From: Eledone cirrhosa | Lineage: Eukaryota | Length of the DNA stretch: 64,000 bases | Assembly: GCA_964016885.1 (NCBI GenBank) | Contig: OZ024746.1 | Span: 99,014,001 to 99,078,000, forward strand | Direction: 5' to 3' | In this document: positions 40,297 through 52,523 of the stretch, piece after piece | Numbering within the stretch: the first letter of the stretch is position 1 | Layout: every line of letters begins with the position of its first letter | Program-made: the position numbers and the translations under genes | The notes under the pieces: model-generated | The model's input: only the letters and a program-made list of their open reading frames with translations | What the model was told of the DNA's origin: nothing | Database searches by the model: none

Positions 40297-42320
40297 ATCT
40301 ACAGCATTGTTGTTCCTCATTCTGATCTAGAGAGGAAATGGGTTCTGGCAGGTTTAAAGTCCTCTAAAACCCATCTTATTCCACCACGGTACCTCTACGA
40401 TTCTACCAGGAGTTACGGCTTCATACATACGTAATATCTATATATATATAACCAAGATGTCCGATTCTATTCCAATTTGATACATAAGTTATTTAGCTCC
40501 CGGAACTAAACAGAGTTCTGGGGCTATTTAAAGACGGCCATTTTGAGGAGTGGAGTTATGCACGGCAACGACGGGCTTTTTTGTTAGTATTACATGGGGT
40601 AAAGGGTAAAGACCCCTTCGGTCACAAATAACCATGGGATTTGCACCTCGAAAGTTTCCCTCCGAGGCACAAGTCCGGGCAAGGTTGTTTGTGGAAGACC
40701 AGCAGTCCCCCATGTATACCAGTCTCCCCTCTCCACGCCACCGATGTTGTCTAAGGTAAAGGCTATAGCCGAGACAACTTAACACCAATGACGTCGTAAC
40801 TTATTTCTACAGCTGAGTAAACTAGAGTAACGTGAAATAAAGTGTATTTGTCAAGGACACAACGCATCACCCGGTCCGAGAATCGAACTCACAATCTTCT
40901 GTTTGCAAGCCCAATCCCCTAACCACTACGCCATGCGCCTTCAGTATTACATAAAGTGACGCTAAGCCGAATCTATACTATAAAGCTGACGGCCGTATGT
41001 AGGTAACAAACTTTCCGCCAAACGGCTGGACCAAATAGCACCAAATGTAACTTTTTCCAAGTAAAAAAGTGAGGGTATTTTTGTCTACTGAACTGTCTTA
41101 AAAGATTAAAGACGTTATTTAAATATTCACTTCTTTAAAATTTCAAATGTCAAAACTTCCGGTTATACGTCATTCCTCACTTTTTCTTATGACGCCGTAC
41201 AACATTCCCCTCTTTTTCTTAGTCTGCCTTTTTAGATAGATACATAGCTATAACGTAGCGACCTTATAATATGTCTCTGTATGCCTGGCTGTCTGCATTA
41301 GATAACGTTTTCCGAAATATTTATTTCTGCGTTCACAGACGGATATTTTTAGTTTCAAAAGATCCCGTTAAGGGTGAAAGCAAAGGTGAATTGGCAGTAT
41401 TGGTAGAGGGTCAGACATGCTTTCCAGCGTAGTTACGTCCCTTTACGATCTGAGTTCAAATCCCGCCGAGGTTAACTTTGCCTTTCATCCTTACGGGGTC
41501 GATAAAATAAAGTACCAGTAATGTACTGGTGAATTGCTGGCCTTGTGCCTAAAGTAGAAACAATTATTTTATTCTTTCCTTTTGTGATATCTCACATAAC
41601 GACCCGAATTAGCGTGGACATGTTGGTACATATAGTATATTCCCTCTTTATTGTCCTGTGGTTGCCTTACTCTTTTGAGTTCCTATCCTTCCTCAACTGA
41701 TATAGCCATTTAGCCCTTCTCGGTTAATTTAATCATCACGATATGGAACTTTTACAGATGTCTTCCTCTACATAAGCGACCTCAGCCAAAGGAAAACAAA
41801 AAGCTTACAATTAAGGGGTGAAATTTTCAGTAGTTTTTAACTTAAATGCAACAAATTAAAAATATATGGCCACCACTCATTAAATACCGGTTCTGTCTGT
41901 AATATGTCATACAGTGTCCCATAGCAATATCGTTTAACAAAACAAGCTAATTGTTTTGGGATGTAAGCTTTTAGGCATTAGAACAGCATGTCGGACTGTT
42001 TAGAAGTCAAATAAAGGTCAAATTATATTCCCCCCCCTCTCTCTCTCTTTCCCTCTTTATCCCCCCCTCTCTCTCCCGCGCACGCACGCACACGCACGCA
42101 CATACACACAAATTAATTGTTTCTACTTTTGGCACAAGGCCAGTAATTACCCAGTGCATTACTGGTACTTTATTTTATCGACCCCGTAAGGATGAAAGGC
42201 AAAGTCAACCTCGGCGGGATTTGAACTCAGATCGTAAAGGGACGTAACTATGCTGGAAAGCATGGCGTCCGACCCTCTACTGATGCTGCCAATCCACCGA
42301 TATGTTCAATAAGAGTAAAA

Positions 42321-42351
<31 letters not shown>

Positions 42352-42519
42352 GTCCCTTGACTTCTGTAGTCGTCGGCGGGGATCCTACTACAGAAGCAGC
42401 ACACATTCAAAATACTCTATCAAAGGCGGCCGTCAACAAATCTGGTGTAGTCATGTGCGTCCATTCTTTGGGTTGATAAAATAAAGTATCAGTCACGCAC
42501 TGGGTTAGATTTAATCGAC

Positions 42520-42720
42520 TTACCCCCTCCCCCAAAATTGTTGGTCTTGTGCCTGTATAAGAAACCATTCTTTGACATTGTCCAACCAATTTTTGCGTTG
42601 TGGTCCCCTCCTGCGTCCACCTTTAACGGTGCCTTGCATGATGGTCTTGTTGTCAGGCTGTCATGTCGTGTGACCTGGTCAAACCACGCCAGTTTCCTTC
42701 TCTTACATAGGCACAAAACT
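42520..42720 (-). mobile_element. RTE-like LINE C-terminal fragment
   Basis: Translates to KRRKLAWFDQVTRHDSL... Confidence 0.65.
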
Positions 42721-42929
42721 TCAAATTTATAGAAGAGAGGGAAATGAGAGTGTTTATGGTTGCGATATAAATTAAGTGAAAAAGTTGTATTTGGAAACCG
42801 AAACTGCGTTTTTTAGGTTCACTTATACGACAGCGACATATATATTGACATAGAACTATTAGGGGGAAAATGAGTGAAACCATTGTGTTCTAATTACAGA
42901 CACACATACATGCTCAATTACACTCACAA

Positions 42930-43190
42930 TTACTCTCCAAGTACCGGTCGCTCTCCGACAGGTTTGCGGTAATGCCCTTGGCACAGGAAACTTCTGGTGC
43001 CCTTGGCCCTAGTGCTACCTCTCTACTCACCACCATAGGCGCTGAGCTGGCCAGCCGCAGGTGTGAGCCTCGCGAGATGGAATGGCTCTTCCAGCGCATC
43101 TCCCTTACCATCCTTCGTGGGGAAACGTCTTCTCCATTCTGTCCGCTGGGGCTATGGGGCGGCCAGCACGTGGGACCCCATTTCTCACTA
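42930..43190 (+). mobile_element. CRE-clade non-LTR retrotransposon 3' end
   Basis: LSKYRSLSDRFAVMPLAQETSGALGPSATSLLTTIGAELASRRCEPREMEWLFQRISLTILRG. Confidence 0.8.
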
Positions 43191-43269
43191 TACAAATATT
43201 GTGAATTCCTATGTATGCATATGTAATTGTGACCAACTAACTAACCATCTGTAATGTTCACCACCTCCT

Positions 43270-43850
43270 ACTAGTCGATATATTGGCCACGTGAGAAACA
43301 GCCCTCTTCTAGATGGAGACCAACAACCTGCAGTGTTTGACCTTGGGACTTGTTGATAGTCATTGTATAACTGACTCCCACTGGAGATTGTAATCATTTG
43401 AAACAAAAGGGGATTCTGTTGGTATTAGCGGCATTTTAGGTATACGATGTCTCCCTTACCACATCTAGTGAAGATTTTGGCTTCGAAAATGTGAGGACGT
43501 AGTTCAGTCACAACCATATGCGTCCCATTACTCAATCCTGGCTGATCCAAGTTTCTGAGAAGCATAATGACTGCACCCTTCTTCAAATCAAGGTTGTGTG
43601 GCAGCATACCAGATGGTTCCAGACTGTTGAGAAAGTTAACGGGATAATGAATAGCTTCGTCCTCGTCGACAACTTCGTCCATAGATTTATAGGTCTGTCT
43701 ATCTCCAGGGATCATTTATGAGAGACTTTTGTTGATGACATTCACTGTGATGTTTACGGGGAAAAGGATTGTTCTTTCACACAGCAACTCCTCGTTGGAA
43801 GAGTGGATTTTGAAATTGTGGAACTCTTAATTAGTTTACAACGCTTTCCA
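43270..43850 (-). mobile_element. Helitron PIF1-family helicase fragment (decayed)
   Basis: YPVNFLNSLEPSGMLPHNLDLKKGAVIMLLRNL..GLSNGT and MTINKSQGQTLQVVGLHL..CFSRGQ. Confidence 0.92.
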
Positions 43851-44406
43851 CAGATTGATGAAGGATCAAAACATCCTTCTGTATGAAGGGATTGCTTTCT
43901 ATAAATTCAAACGGCTGAAGTGCTTATCTGTAACTCCAAAGGTCCACCGCTCTCCCCGCCTCTCTTAGTCGCACTGAAGAAATCTCCGAGGCTGGGAAAA
44001 TCCAAGCCCCCATTCCGTTTTCGAAAGAAAAAGGTGATTGCGAGCATATCGGAGGTCAGATTAGTTAAAAACATGAAAAAAAAAAGAGAAAAAGTAGTAA
44101 AAAAAATTTTCTTCGCCATATCCAGAGAGTGTTTTTCTATAAATTTAAACGACTGAGACGTGCTTATCTGGCCTCCGTTTTCAGAAAAAGGAGTCGTTGG
44201 CGAGTGAGTCGGATGTCACATCAGTAGACAACAAATGAAAACACCTAGAAAGGTTTTAATTAGAGAGAGAGTGGGAGATGGAGTAGTATTTACCCGACTA
44301 TATATAGATAGCATAACGAACTAACAGTCAGTATCTGCGTGCTAGAAAGAGTATTAAATTCCCCCAACCCCCTCGCCCACATTCCGTTTTTGGAACATAA
44401 ATGATG

Positions 44407-44502
<96 letters not shown>

Positions 44503-44708
44503 CATATATATATATATATATGTATATATATATTCGGAATGTTTTTGACTGCTGTTTCTTGTAAACAGACATTCGTCTCATTCTGACGTCACCAGCCATG
44601 TCTCTCCATGTGTGTTTATTTTCATAATTACGCACGAGGTGAACTAGCCTGCTTTTAAATTCCCTTTTTGGCATATTTTGGCAGTGATACTAGGGTTATC
44701 GTGTTTGA

Positions 44709-44789
44709 GCTCTACTGACGAACGGTTCCAACCGTGACCATCTCCACTGAAAAGTTTCGTGAAATAGTCTTTTTAAGACTATATAGAGC
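44709..44789 (+). ncRNA. Type I hammerhead ribozyme with a 25-nt insertion at stem II
   Basis: GCTCTA-CTGACGA-ACGG ttccaa CCGT-[25 nt]-GAAA-TAGTCT tttta AGACTA-TA-TAGAGC. Confidence 0.7.
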
Positions 44790-45093
44790 ATTTGTTGTTT
44801 TTCCAAATTGAAGGATGAGTATTTAAACTTTATTTTATTCAGAGTTAAGGCCCTATTGGTTTTTCCCTGGATTTCACAAAATCTGTGGATAAAATCCCTG
44901 TCTTGACTCTTTTGAATTGAGTTTGAATTATTTTCCCACATCTTACGTTAACTATTTTCCCATTTTGACGTTATAGTCAGTTATATATTATGGAATACTG
45001 TTGGCTTCTTGCTCACAATAATTTCTATATTTTCATTTATGGCTGCATCTAATAGGGTACGTCAAAATTATTTATAAAACTGTTTATATATTG

Positions 45094-45158
45094 TATTTTG
45101 TCTGATGAAGGCATACCATATTTTAATTTGGTATCCCTGAAATATGTATAATGAAATA
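45094..45158 (+). ncRNA. Minimal type I hammerhead ribozyme (27616-family), in a unit spanning ~45055-45287
   Basis: TATTTTGT-CTGATGA-AGGcATACCA..TGGTATcCCT-GAAA-TATGTA-TA-ATGAAATA. Confidence 0.75.
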
Positions 45159-45305
45159 AATATGGTTTTATAAATATAGTTTCCATTTATTTAATATCAT
45201 ATATCTACTCCAAAAACTTGTCGAGTGCTTTATATCAGTTATAAAATATTTACTTGTATCCCAACAATTTTAAATTGAACTTTTGCATATATATATATGT
45301 ATATA

Positions 45306-45338
<33 letters not shown>

Positions 45339-45481
45339 GTAGAAAGGTGGATTGGTAAATTACGCAGGCTTTGCTTCCTCTGACATTAGGTCGATCTAAT
45401 TCCTTAACATTTCTGCTTTTTATGTATGTGTGTATGTATGTGTGTGTGTATACATACACACACACAAATATATATATATAT

Positions 45482-45580
<99 letters not shown>

Positions 45581-45645
45581 CCTGAGCGTGAATTTAATAA
45601 ACATTTATCGTACTGCCTCTCTGTTCTGTCCCTGTTCAATTTTTC

Positions 45646-45681
<36 letters not shown>

Positions 45682-46044
45682 AGCGGCATACATATGGTTC
45701 GACTCTTTACTATTGTCACAGTATCGTGTCTAATTTGGTAAGTCCTTACTGTAGACACTACAGAGTTCACGTGACATTAAATTAGTCGTATAATATTCCA
45801 TGTCCCCCCCTCTTTTCCAACACCCCTGCTCCGTGTCTCCCACCCTCGGACCACTTTTCTCGCGGATAAAATTTGTTGGTTAAAGGTTATGTTTGCTAAC
45901 AACTTCTTTTCCGGCGTGTTTTAGGTTATGTATCATAGCGCAGTGTCACCTTTAACATTTGACAGGGGTTTAAGCCAGATTTCCTTATATGGAAACTATT
46001 CCTGGCCTCTCCATGTTAGCTGCTTACCTTTGTATGTGTGCTCC

Positions 46045-47460
46045 TCTGTGAGTGACTCCCTGTATGAGTGACCCCCTGTATGAGTGAGCCCGTGTATGAG
46101 TGACTCCCTGTATGAGTGGGCCCGTGTATGAGTGGGTCTGTGTATGAGTGAGCCCGTGTATGAGTGACACCCTGTATGAGTGAGCCCGGGTATGAGTGAG
46201 CCCCTGTACGATGACCCCCTGTATGAGTGAGTCTGTATGAGTGAGCCCCTGTATGAGTGAGCTGGTGTATGAGTGAGCCCGTGTATGAGTGAGTCTGTGT
46301 ATGAGTGACCCCGTGTATGAGTGACCCCGTGTATGAGTGAGCCCGTGTATGAGTGAGCCCATGTATGAGTGAGCCCGTGTATGAGTGAGCCTGTGTATGA
46401 GTGAGCTGGTGTATGAGTGAGCTCGGGTATGAGTGAGCCCGTGTATGAGTGAGCCCGTGTATGAGTGAGCCCATGTATGAGTGAGCCCGTGTATGAGTGA
46501 GCTGGTGTATGAGTGAGCTCGGGTATGAGTGAGCCCGTGTATGAGTGAGCCCGTGTATGAGTGAGCCCGTGTATGAGTGAGCCCGTGTATGAGTGAGCCC
46601 GTGTATGAGTGAGCTGGTGTATGAGTGAGCTCGGGTATGAGTGAGCCCGTGTATGAGTGAGCCCGTGTATGAGTGAGCCCGTGTATGAGTGAGCCCGTGT
46701 ATGAGTGAGCTGGTGTATGAGTGAGCTCGGGTATGAGTGAGCCCGTGTATGAGTGAGCCCGTGTATGAGTGAGCCCGTGTATGAGTAAGCTGGTGTATGA
46801 GTGAGCTCGGGTATGAGTGAGCTGGTGTATGAGTGAGCTCGGGTATGAGTGAGCCCGTGTATGAGTGAGCCCGTGTATGAGTGAGCCCGTGTATGAGTGA
46901 GCTGGTGTATGAGTGAGCTCGGGTATGAGTGAGCTGGTGTATGAGTGAGCTCGGGTATGAGTGAGCCCGTGTATGAGTGAGCCCGTGTATGAGTGAGCCC
47001 GTGTATGAGTGAGCCCGTGTATGAGTGAGCCCGTGTATGAGTGAGCTGGTGTATGAGTGAGCTCGGGTATGAGTGAGCCCGTGTATAAGTGAGCCCGTGT
47101 ATGAGTGAGCCCGTGTATGAGTAAGCTGGTGTATGAGTGAGCTCGGGTATGAGTGAGCTGGTGTATGAGTGAGCTCGGGTATGAGTGAGCCCGTGTATGA
47201 GTGAGCCCGTGTATGAGTGAGCCCGTGTATGAGTGATCCCGTGTATGAGTGAGCCCGTGTATGAGTGAGCCCGTGTATGAGTGAGCCCGTGTATGAGTGA
47301 GCCCGGGTATGAGTGAGCCCGTGTATGAGTGAGCCCGTGTATGAGTGAGCCCATGTATGAGTGAGCCCGTGTATGAGTGAGCCCGTGTATGAGTGAGCCC
47401 GTGTATGAGTGAGCCCGTGTATGAGTGAGCCCGTGTATGAGTGAGCCCGTGTATGAGTGA
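46045..47460. repeat. 16-bp minisatellite GTATGAGTGAGCCCGT, ~88 copies
   Basis: Directly visible; explains the 452-aa ORF. Confidence 0.97.
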
Positions 47461-47469
47461 ATAGAGTAT

Positions 47470-47880
47470 TTATGTGTATGTCTGTGTAAGAGTATGTGTA
47501 TGTATATGTCTATATATGTATATGCCTGTACATGTGTATGTCTGTTTATGTGTATGTCTGTACATGAGTATGTCTGTGTATGTGTGTATGTGTATGTCTG
47601 TGATTGTCTCTGTGTATGTTTCTGTGTCTGTATGTGTATGTATGTGTATGTGTGTGTCTGTGTATGTCTCTGTGTCTATGTATGTATGTGTGTCTGTACA
47701 TGTATGTTAACGGATGGTGAAATATTTCAAACTCTAGCATATTCTGTTAGAAACTATTTGAAATGAAAGTTTTGCTTTTAGATTACACACACACACATAC
47801 ACACACACATACACACAGACACATATGCACACACACACATATACACACACATACACACATACACATACACACATATGCAT

Positions 47881-47912
<32 letters not shown>

Positions 47913-48540
47913 ACACACCCATATACACACACACATATATACACACACATACACACATACACACATACACACATACACACATACACACACATACGCACAC
48001 ACACACACATACACACACATACACACACATACACACATACACACACATACACGCACACAGACACACATAAACACGCATACACACACACACACACACACAT
48101 ACGCACATGCACACACATACGCATACACCCATACACACACACATACACGCACATATACACGCACACACATACACACACATACACACACACACAAACATAT
48201 ACGCGTACACACACACACGCACATACACACACACACATACACACGCGCACGCACACACACATACACATACACACATACACGCACACACACGCACACACAT
48301 AAATGCACATACACACAAACGCACACACACACACGCACATGCACATACAAGCGCACACGCACACACACTTGCACATGCACACACATACACGCATACAAAC
48401 GCACACGCACATGCACATGCACGCACATACGCACATACACACACATACACGCACATACGCATATACATACATACACACACGCACCTGCACATTCACACAC
48501 GCGCACATACATACACACACAGCGCCCAACACACACACAC
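47470..48540. repeat. Degenerate (GT)n followed by (CA)n/(CACATA)n tracts
   Basis: Directly visible. Confidence 0.95.
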
Positions 48541-48641
48541 TAGTAATATTTCTATCTTAAGAAAATTCGTCGAGCTCCTAGTTTTACTATTTTGCCACAA
48601 AAACAATTATTGTCGACTAATTTCTATATCTCTAGATCAGA

Positions 48642-48668
48642 TTTTCTTTTCATTGTTTTGCTAACCAG
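48642..48668 (+). promoter_or_regulatory. Splice acceptor (polypyrimidine tract + CAG)
   Basis: TTTTCTTTTCATTGTTTTGCTAACCAG immediately precedes the open frame. Confidence 0.65.
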
Positions 48669-49309
48669 TGTTTCAAAGATCTGAAAAGTTATTTAGCTCT
48701 GAAAAAGGTGTTGGTACGGATTCCTGCATTAACCATTACACTGATTTATCTTCAACAGCCAGCAGTTTCTATAACACAACTAATAATGTTTTGAATGATG
48801 TAGATAGCAAAGATAGCTCAACATCTATGAACGATGTGATAGAAGGTGCTAGAAATAGAATTTCTATGAATTCTCGTTCAAATGCAGAATGTAATCCATT
48901 GATTTCTAGAGATTTCCCACCATTGGTTGCAAACAGTGAAGTGCAGACTCTTGCTTTAGACAACAACTTTGAAGCTCTTTTGAATAATTCTGAACATTCT
49001 CCATCTTCCTCTGTGATTGACATGCACACACTAACTGTTGAAGACATATTGGGCTTATTTGGAAACAACATGGAAACCCAAACGGCTGTTGATGATACAT
49101 TCTTACTTGGTCTTGAATTCTCTGACATCGAGACTCAAACAACAACAACTGGGGATCTTGATTCAGTAGAAAATCGTTGTCTGATTACTGCAGGAACCCG
49201 AACAACATTCTCAAATCTCAATCTCAGTCAAGATGTTGAGTTCTCTGATATGGAAAACCAGACTGGCTTTACCATGAAGGAACCCCGTGAGGTGGGATGG
49301 CTGTTGTAG
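48669..49309 (+). CDS. ATMIN: Probable terminal coding exon of ATM interactor (ATMIN/ASCIZ), LC8-binding TQT region
   Basis: Non-repetitive, acidic, S/T-rich frame containing LGLFGNNMETQTAVDDTFLLGLEFSDIETQT, which resembles the vertebrate ATMIN C-terminus (..LFFTSNETQTAMDDFLL..FSSVETQT, recalled from memory). Acceptor at 48668. Upstream zinc-finger exons were not seen. Confidence 0.75.
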
Positions 49310-49400
49310 CGTGTGTCACTGGCCATTATCAGCGGAGCAAGGCCCTATTATCGCAGCGCCCTAGGCCCAGAGCCCAATCACCCTGCCCATTTTTCTGTGA
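49277..49400 (+). mobile_element. CRE-clade 3' fragment fused in frame to the ATMIN-like exon
   Basis: KEPREVGWLL*RVSLAIISG aligns with CEPREMEWLFQRISLTILRG of the 42930 copy. Confidence 0.75.
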
Positions 49401-49679
49401 CACTAGATCCCTTGCATTTCCCTTGCATTTCCGTTTTTTAAAAATATTTTCTTATATTTTCTTATATTTTCTTATTTTAATACGTTCAGTTGCTATAATT
49501 AGCGATCTAGATTGCAGGATAATAATGAACACTAGGAAAGCACGATTATATTATACATATTTCTCCGGGGCAAAAAGGGATGTGGCAATTTGCTTGATGT
49601 CTCCCCGGGGGATTGTGATGGAATTAATGTAACCGATCTCATCGAATTGTTTATACCCGACACTCCCAGAAAACGTTTC

Positions 49680-49750
49680 GTCTTCCATATCTCCGGCTTG
49701 TACAGAGATGAAGGCTTAGTAATAATTATACAATATGAATGGCCATGCCG
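49680..49750 (+). mobile_element. Possible Penelope-like RT catalytic-motif remnant
   Basis: HISGLYRDEGLVII resembles the GLYRDDGL motif; very short. Confidence 0.4.
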
Positions 49751-51385
49751 TCAATAAATATGTAAATCAAATGCTTTTCTCCAGTCCAGCAAGACTGTAA
49801 CCATATTCCTCCTAAGTTGTCACACCTCTGACATCGCGGTTTTGTTAATTAGGAGTTGTTCAGCTCTGAAATCCTGTTTGAGGGTGATCAGCTTATATTG
49901 AAGAATTCTGGTTGTACTGTCACAAAACATCGTTTCTATTTATTTTTCACTCTTTGTTGGTGAGGAGTGAAATTTTTTTGGTTTTGTTTGCACATAACAT
50001 ACCCTATAGTTTTTCGTAGGCCAGCAAACTTTTATTCTATTTTAATTATATATGATGGTATTTTGGTAGTGTTTTATTCTTGTTAATATGTTAATATCTC
50101 TTCTTGTCGTTGCTAGGGCATGTAAACAGGCGCTCATTTGCCAAAATGTAGGGGTTTTAATTCGTCGTAAATATTCACCCCCAATTTCGTCAATAACACG
50201 TAAGATTTCATTATTTGGTGGCGGTGGATTGGCAGTACCGGTAGAGGGTCGGACGCCATGCTTTTCAGCATAGTTACATCCCTTTACGATCTGAGTTCAA
50301 ATCCCGCCGAGGTTGACTTTGCCTTTCATCCTTACGGGGTCGATAAAATAAAGTACCAGTAATGTACTGGGTAATTGCTGGCCTTGTGCCTAAAGTAGAA
50401 ACAATTATTTGGTTTCATTTTGTTTAGTACTGTTGAAATATACATAATTAATTTCTATCTGGAAAGGTTCACTAAGGGTATATTTCAATTGTTTATACTC
50501 TTGATGTTCCCAGCTAATGACAGAATTATTATTATTAACTGTGTTTTCCACAACAGTCGAGGTGGTTGATCATTTTTTACCGGCATAGTTGTTTCAAAGG
50601 ACTGTTTGTGTATTGCTGCTGTTTGTTGTTGTTCAGCCTGGCTGCTAGAAAGTCTAGTAACATGGTGGCCTGTAACACGTGTTGCTGATTGCATGTTCGA
50701 TTTGGGTGACTTACAGACTTACAATGACAGACCTGACAATTCTCCCCGTCCGACGGGGAGATCTCCCAACCTCTTTGGGTGGGTGAGAGATGTCTTCTCT
50801 TGTGAAAATGGGTATAGCTTTGATTATGTAAAATCTTCCCATTTTACCTCATTTATCCCGTTTCTTTCATGGTACTCCCCGTTTGGGTTTTTAGAGGTTA
50901 GTAGGTCTGCAATGAATAAAGTTCATGTTATTTTTACATTCAACACAGTGCTCCCTTACCCTGCTCTCTGCTGGAACTCAATATAGGCGAAAACATAGTT
51001 TTGGTACCTATGTACATTGGCTGATTAGCCTCATCTGTATATAAAATTATGTTTTTAAAATTGTTGGCTTTGTGCCTAAATCAGAAATCATCATTATTAT
51101 TAAATACATTTCTTGATATATCCCAACTTTCTAATATAGAATGTTGCAAAATACGGTTGGCTTATTCTGCTCTGTCTATTGTTGCCCCTAACAGTTAGGG
51201 TTCATATGTAAAAGATAGTGTAGACATGTAGTGCAATGTTACTGAAGGCGCCAGGTTAGGTTAGGTTTGTTTGTGACAAAGGCATATTTACTTTCATAGG
51301 AATTCTCACTATGACATTCACACACGTACGCATAGGCACACATACGCAGAAATACTTAAACTTAAGAACATATGTACACAGAAGT

Positions 51386-51425
<40 letters not shown>

Positions 51426-52057
51426 TCCCTTTCTCTCTATTTCCCCTCCCCCCTCTCTCACGCAGACATACTTAAGAACATACGTACATGTATGTATATA
51501 CTACATACATTCACATACATAGAAACATAAGTGTATTTATATTTTCTAGAGATCCGTAAGCACTCTTCATCCTTGTTGACAAAAACCTTCTTTTTAAACA
51601 ACACAGAAAGGAGCAAATGACACCCTTTAAAGACAAAAGAGAAATAATGATTTCTATATTTAGCACAAGGCCAGCAATTTGAAGGGGAGGGGAAAGTCGA
51701 TTAAATCGACCCCGTAAGGATCAAAGGCCAAGATAACCTTGGAAAGATTTGAACTAAAGGGCCGTAACTCTATTCCCATGAAGCATGGTGTCCGACGCTC
51801 TACCAATACTGGAAATACTCCACTAAGAAGAAATGATAAATACCATTGATTGTTTTTAGCACTTCTTTCAAGTTCCCAACCGGTAAATTGTTTCAAAGCT
51901 ATTCTGTCTCTTCTGTCCACCTGGGCTGCGGGGCGACCAGTGCGTGGGCTTCCGTTTGTTTATAATAGTGAGAGATGGGGTGAGGGAGAGAGACGGAAGC
52001 AGTCAGTGAAAGAGAGAGAACATCAACGTACACACGCACTTGATAAAACATCTAAAC

Positions 52058-52449
52058 CAGGGGCCGCCAACCGGTGGCCAGGGAAAAGGTTTTGGCTGTC
52101 CTCAGAAAAATTTGGACATTTTTTGCAATTTTTATGTTTTATTAATAATAAAACAAAAATAATATTTGGTTAAAATATATTTTATAGCCCTGCTAAAATA
52201 TGTTTCTCCTCAGTAAAGAACTAACATTCATGAAATAATGTTACACATATGTATCATCTATGACAATATCACACACATATGTATCATCTATAGATAATAT
52301 TACACACGTATGTATCATCTATGACAATATCACACACTTACGCTTCAGTACTGTTTCGACCATGGACCATTAATTTATATTACTTGTCCGCGGGATTTAA
52401 AATTATGAATTTAGTCGTCCGTGAGGTGTGAAAGGTTACCGACGGCTTG
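52058..52449. mobile_element. hAT MITE (degenerate TIRs)
   Basis: CAGGGGCCGCCAACC ... GGTTACCGACGGCTTG, with TCTAAAC duplicated on both sides. Confidence 0.6.
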
Positions 52450-52523
52450 TCTAAACTATCAGCTGATAGATAAAAACGGAGAGGTACAAGTTTTCAAAAT
52501 GCAGCCCAGTGTTATATATAGAG

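Noticed and set aside
43425-43715. Host PIF1 helicase gene
   Set aside because: The motifs are Helitron-type, the frame is broken and rearranged, and there is no exon structure.
45996-48664. His/Thr- and Cys/Val-rich ORFs
   Set aside because: Products of the 16-bp minisatellite and CA/GT tracts.
50485-50725. Minus-strand exon candidate (Q-rich 69-aa ORF near two GTAAGT motifs)
   Set aside because: The donor motifs lie upstream of the ORF rather than after it, and the peptide has no recognisable family.
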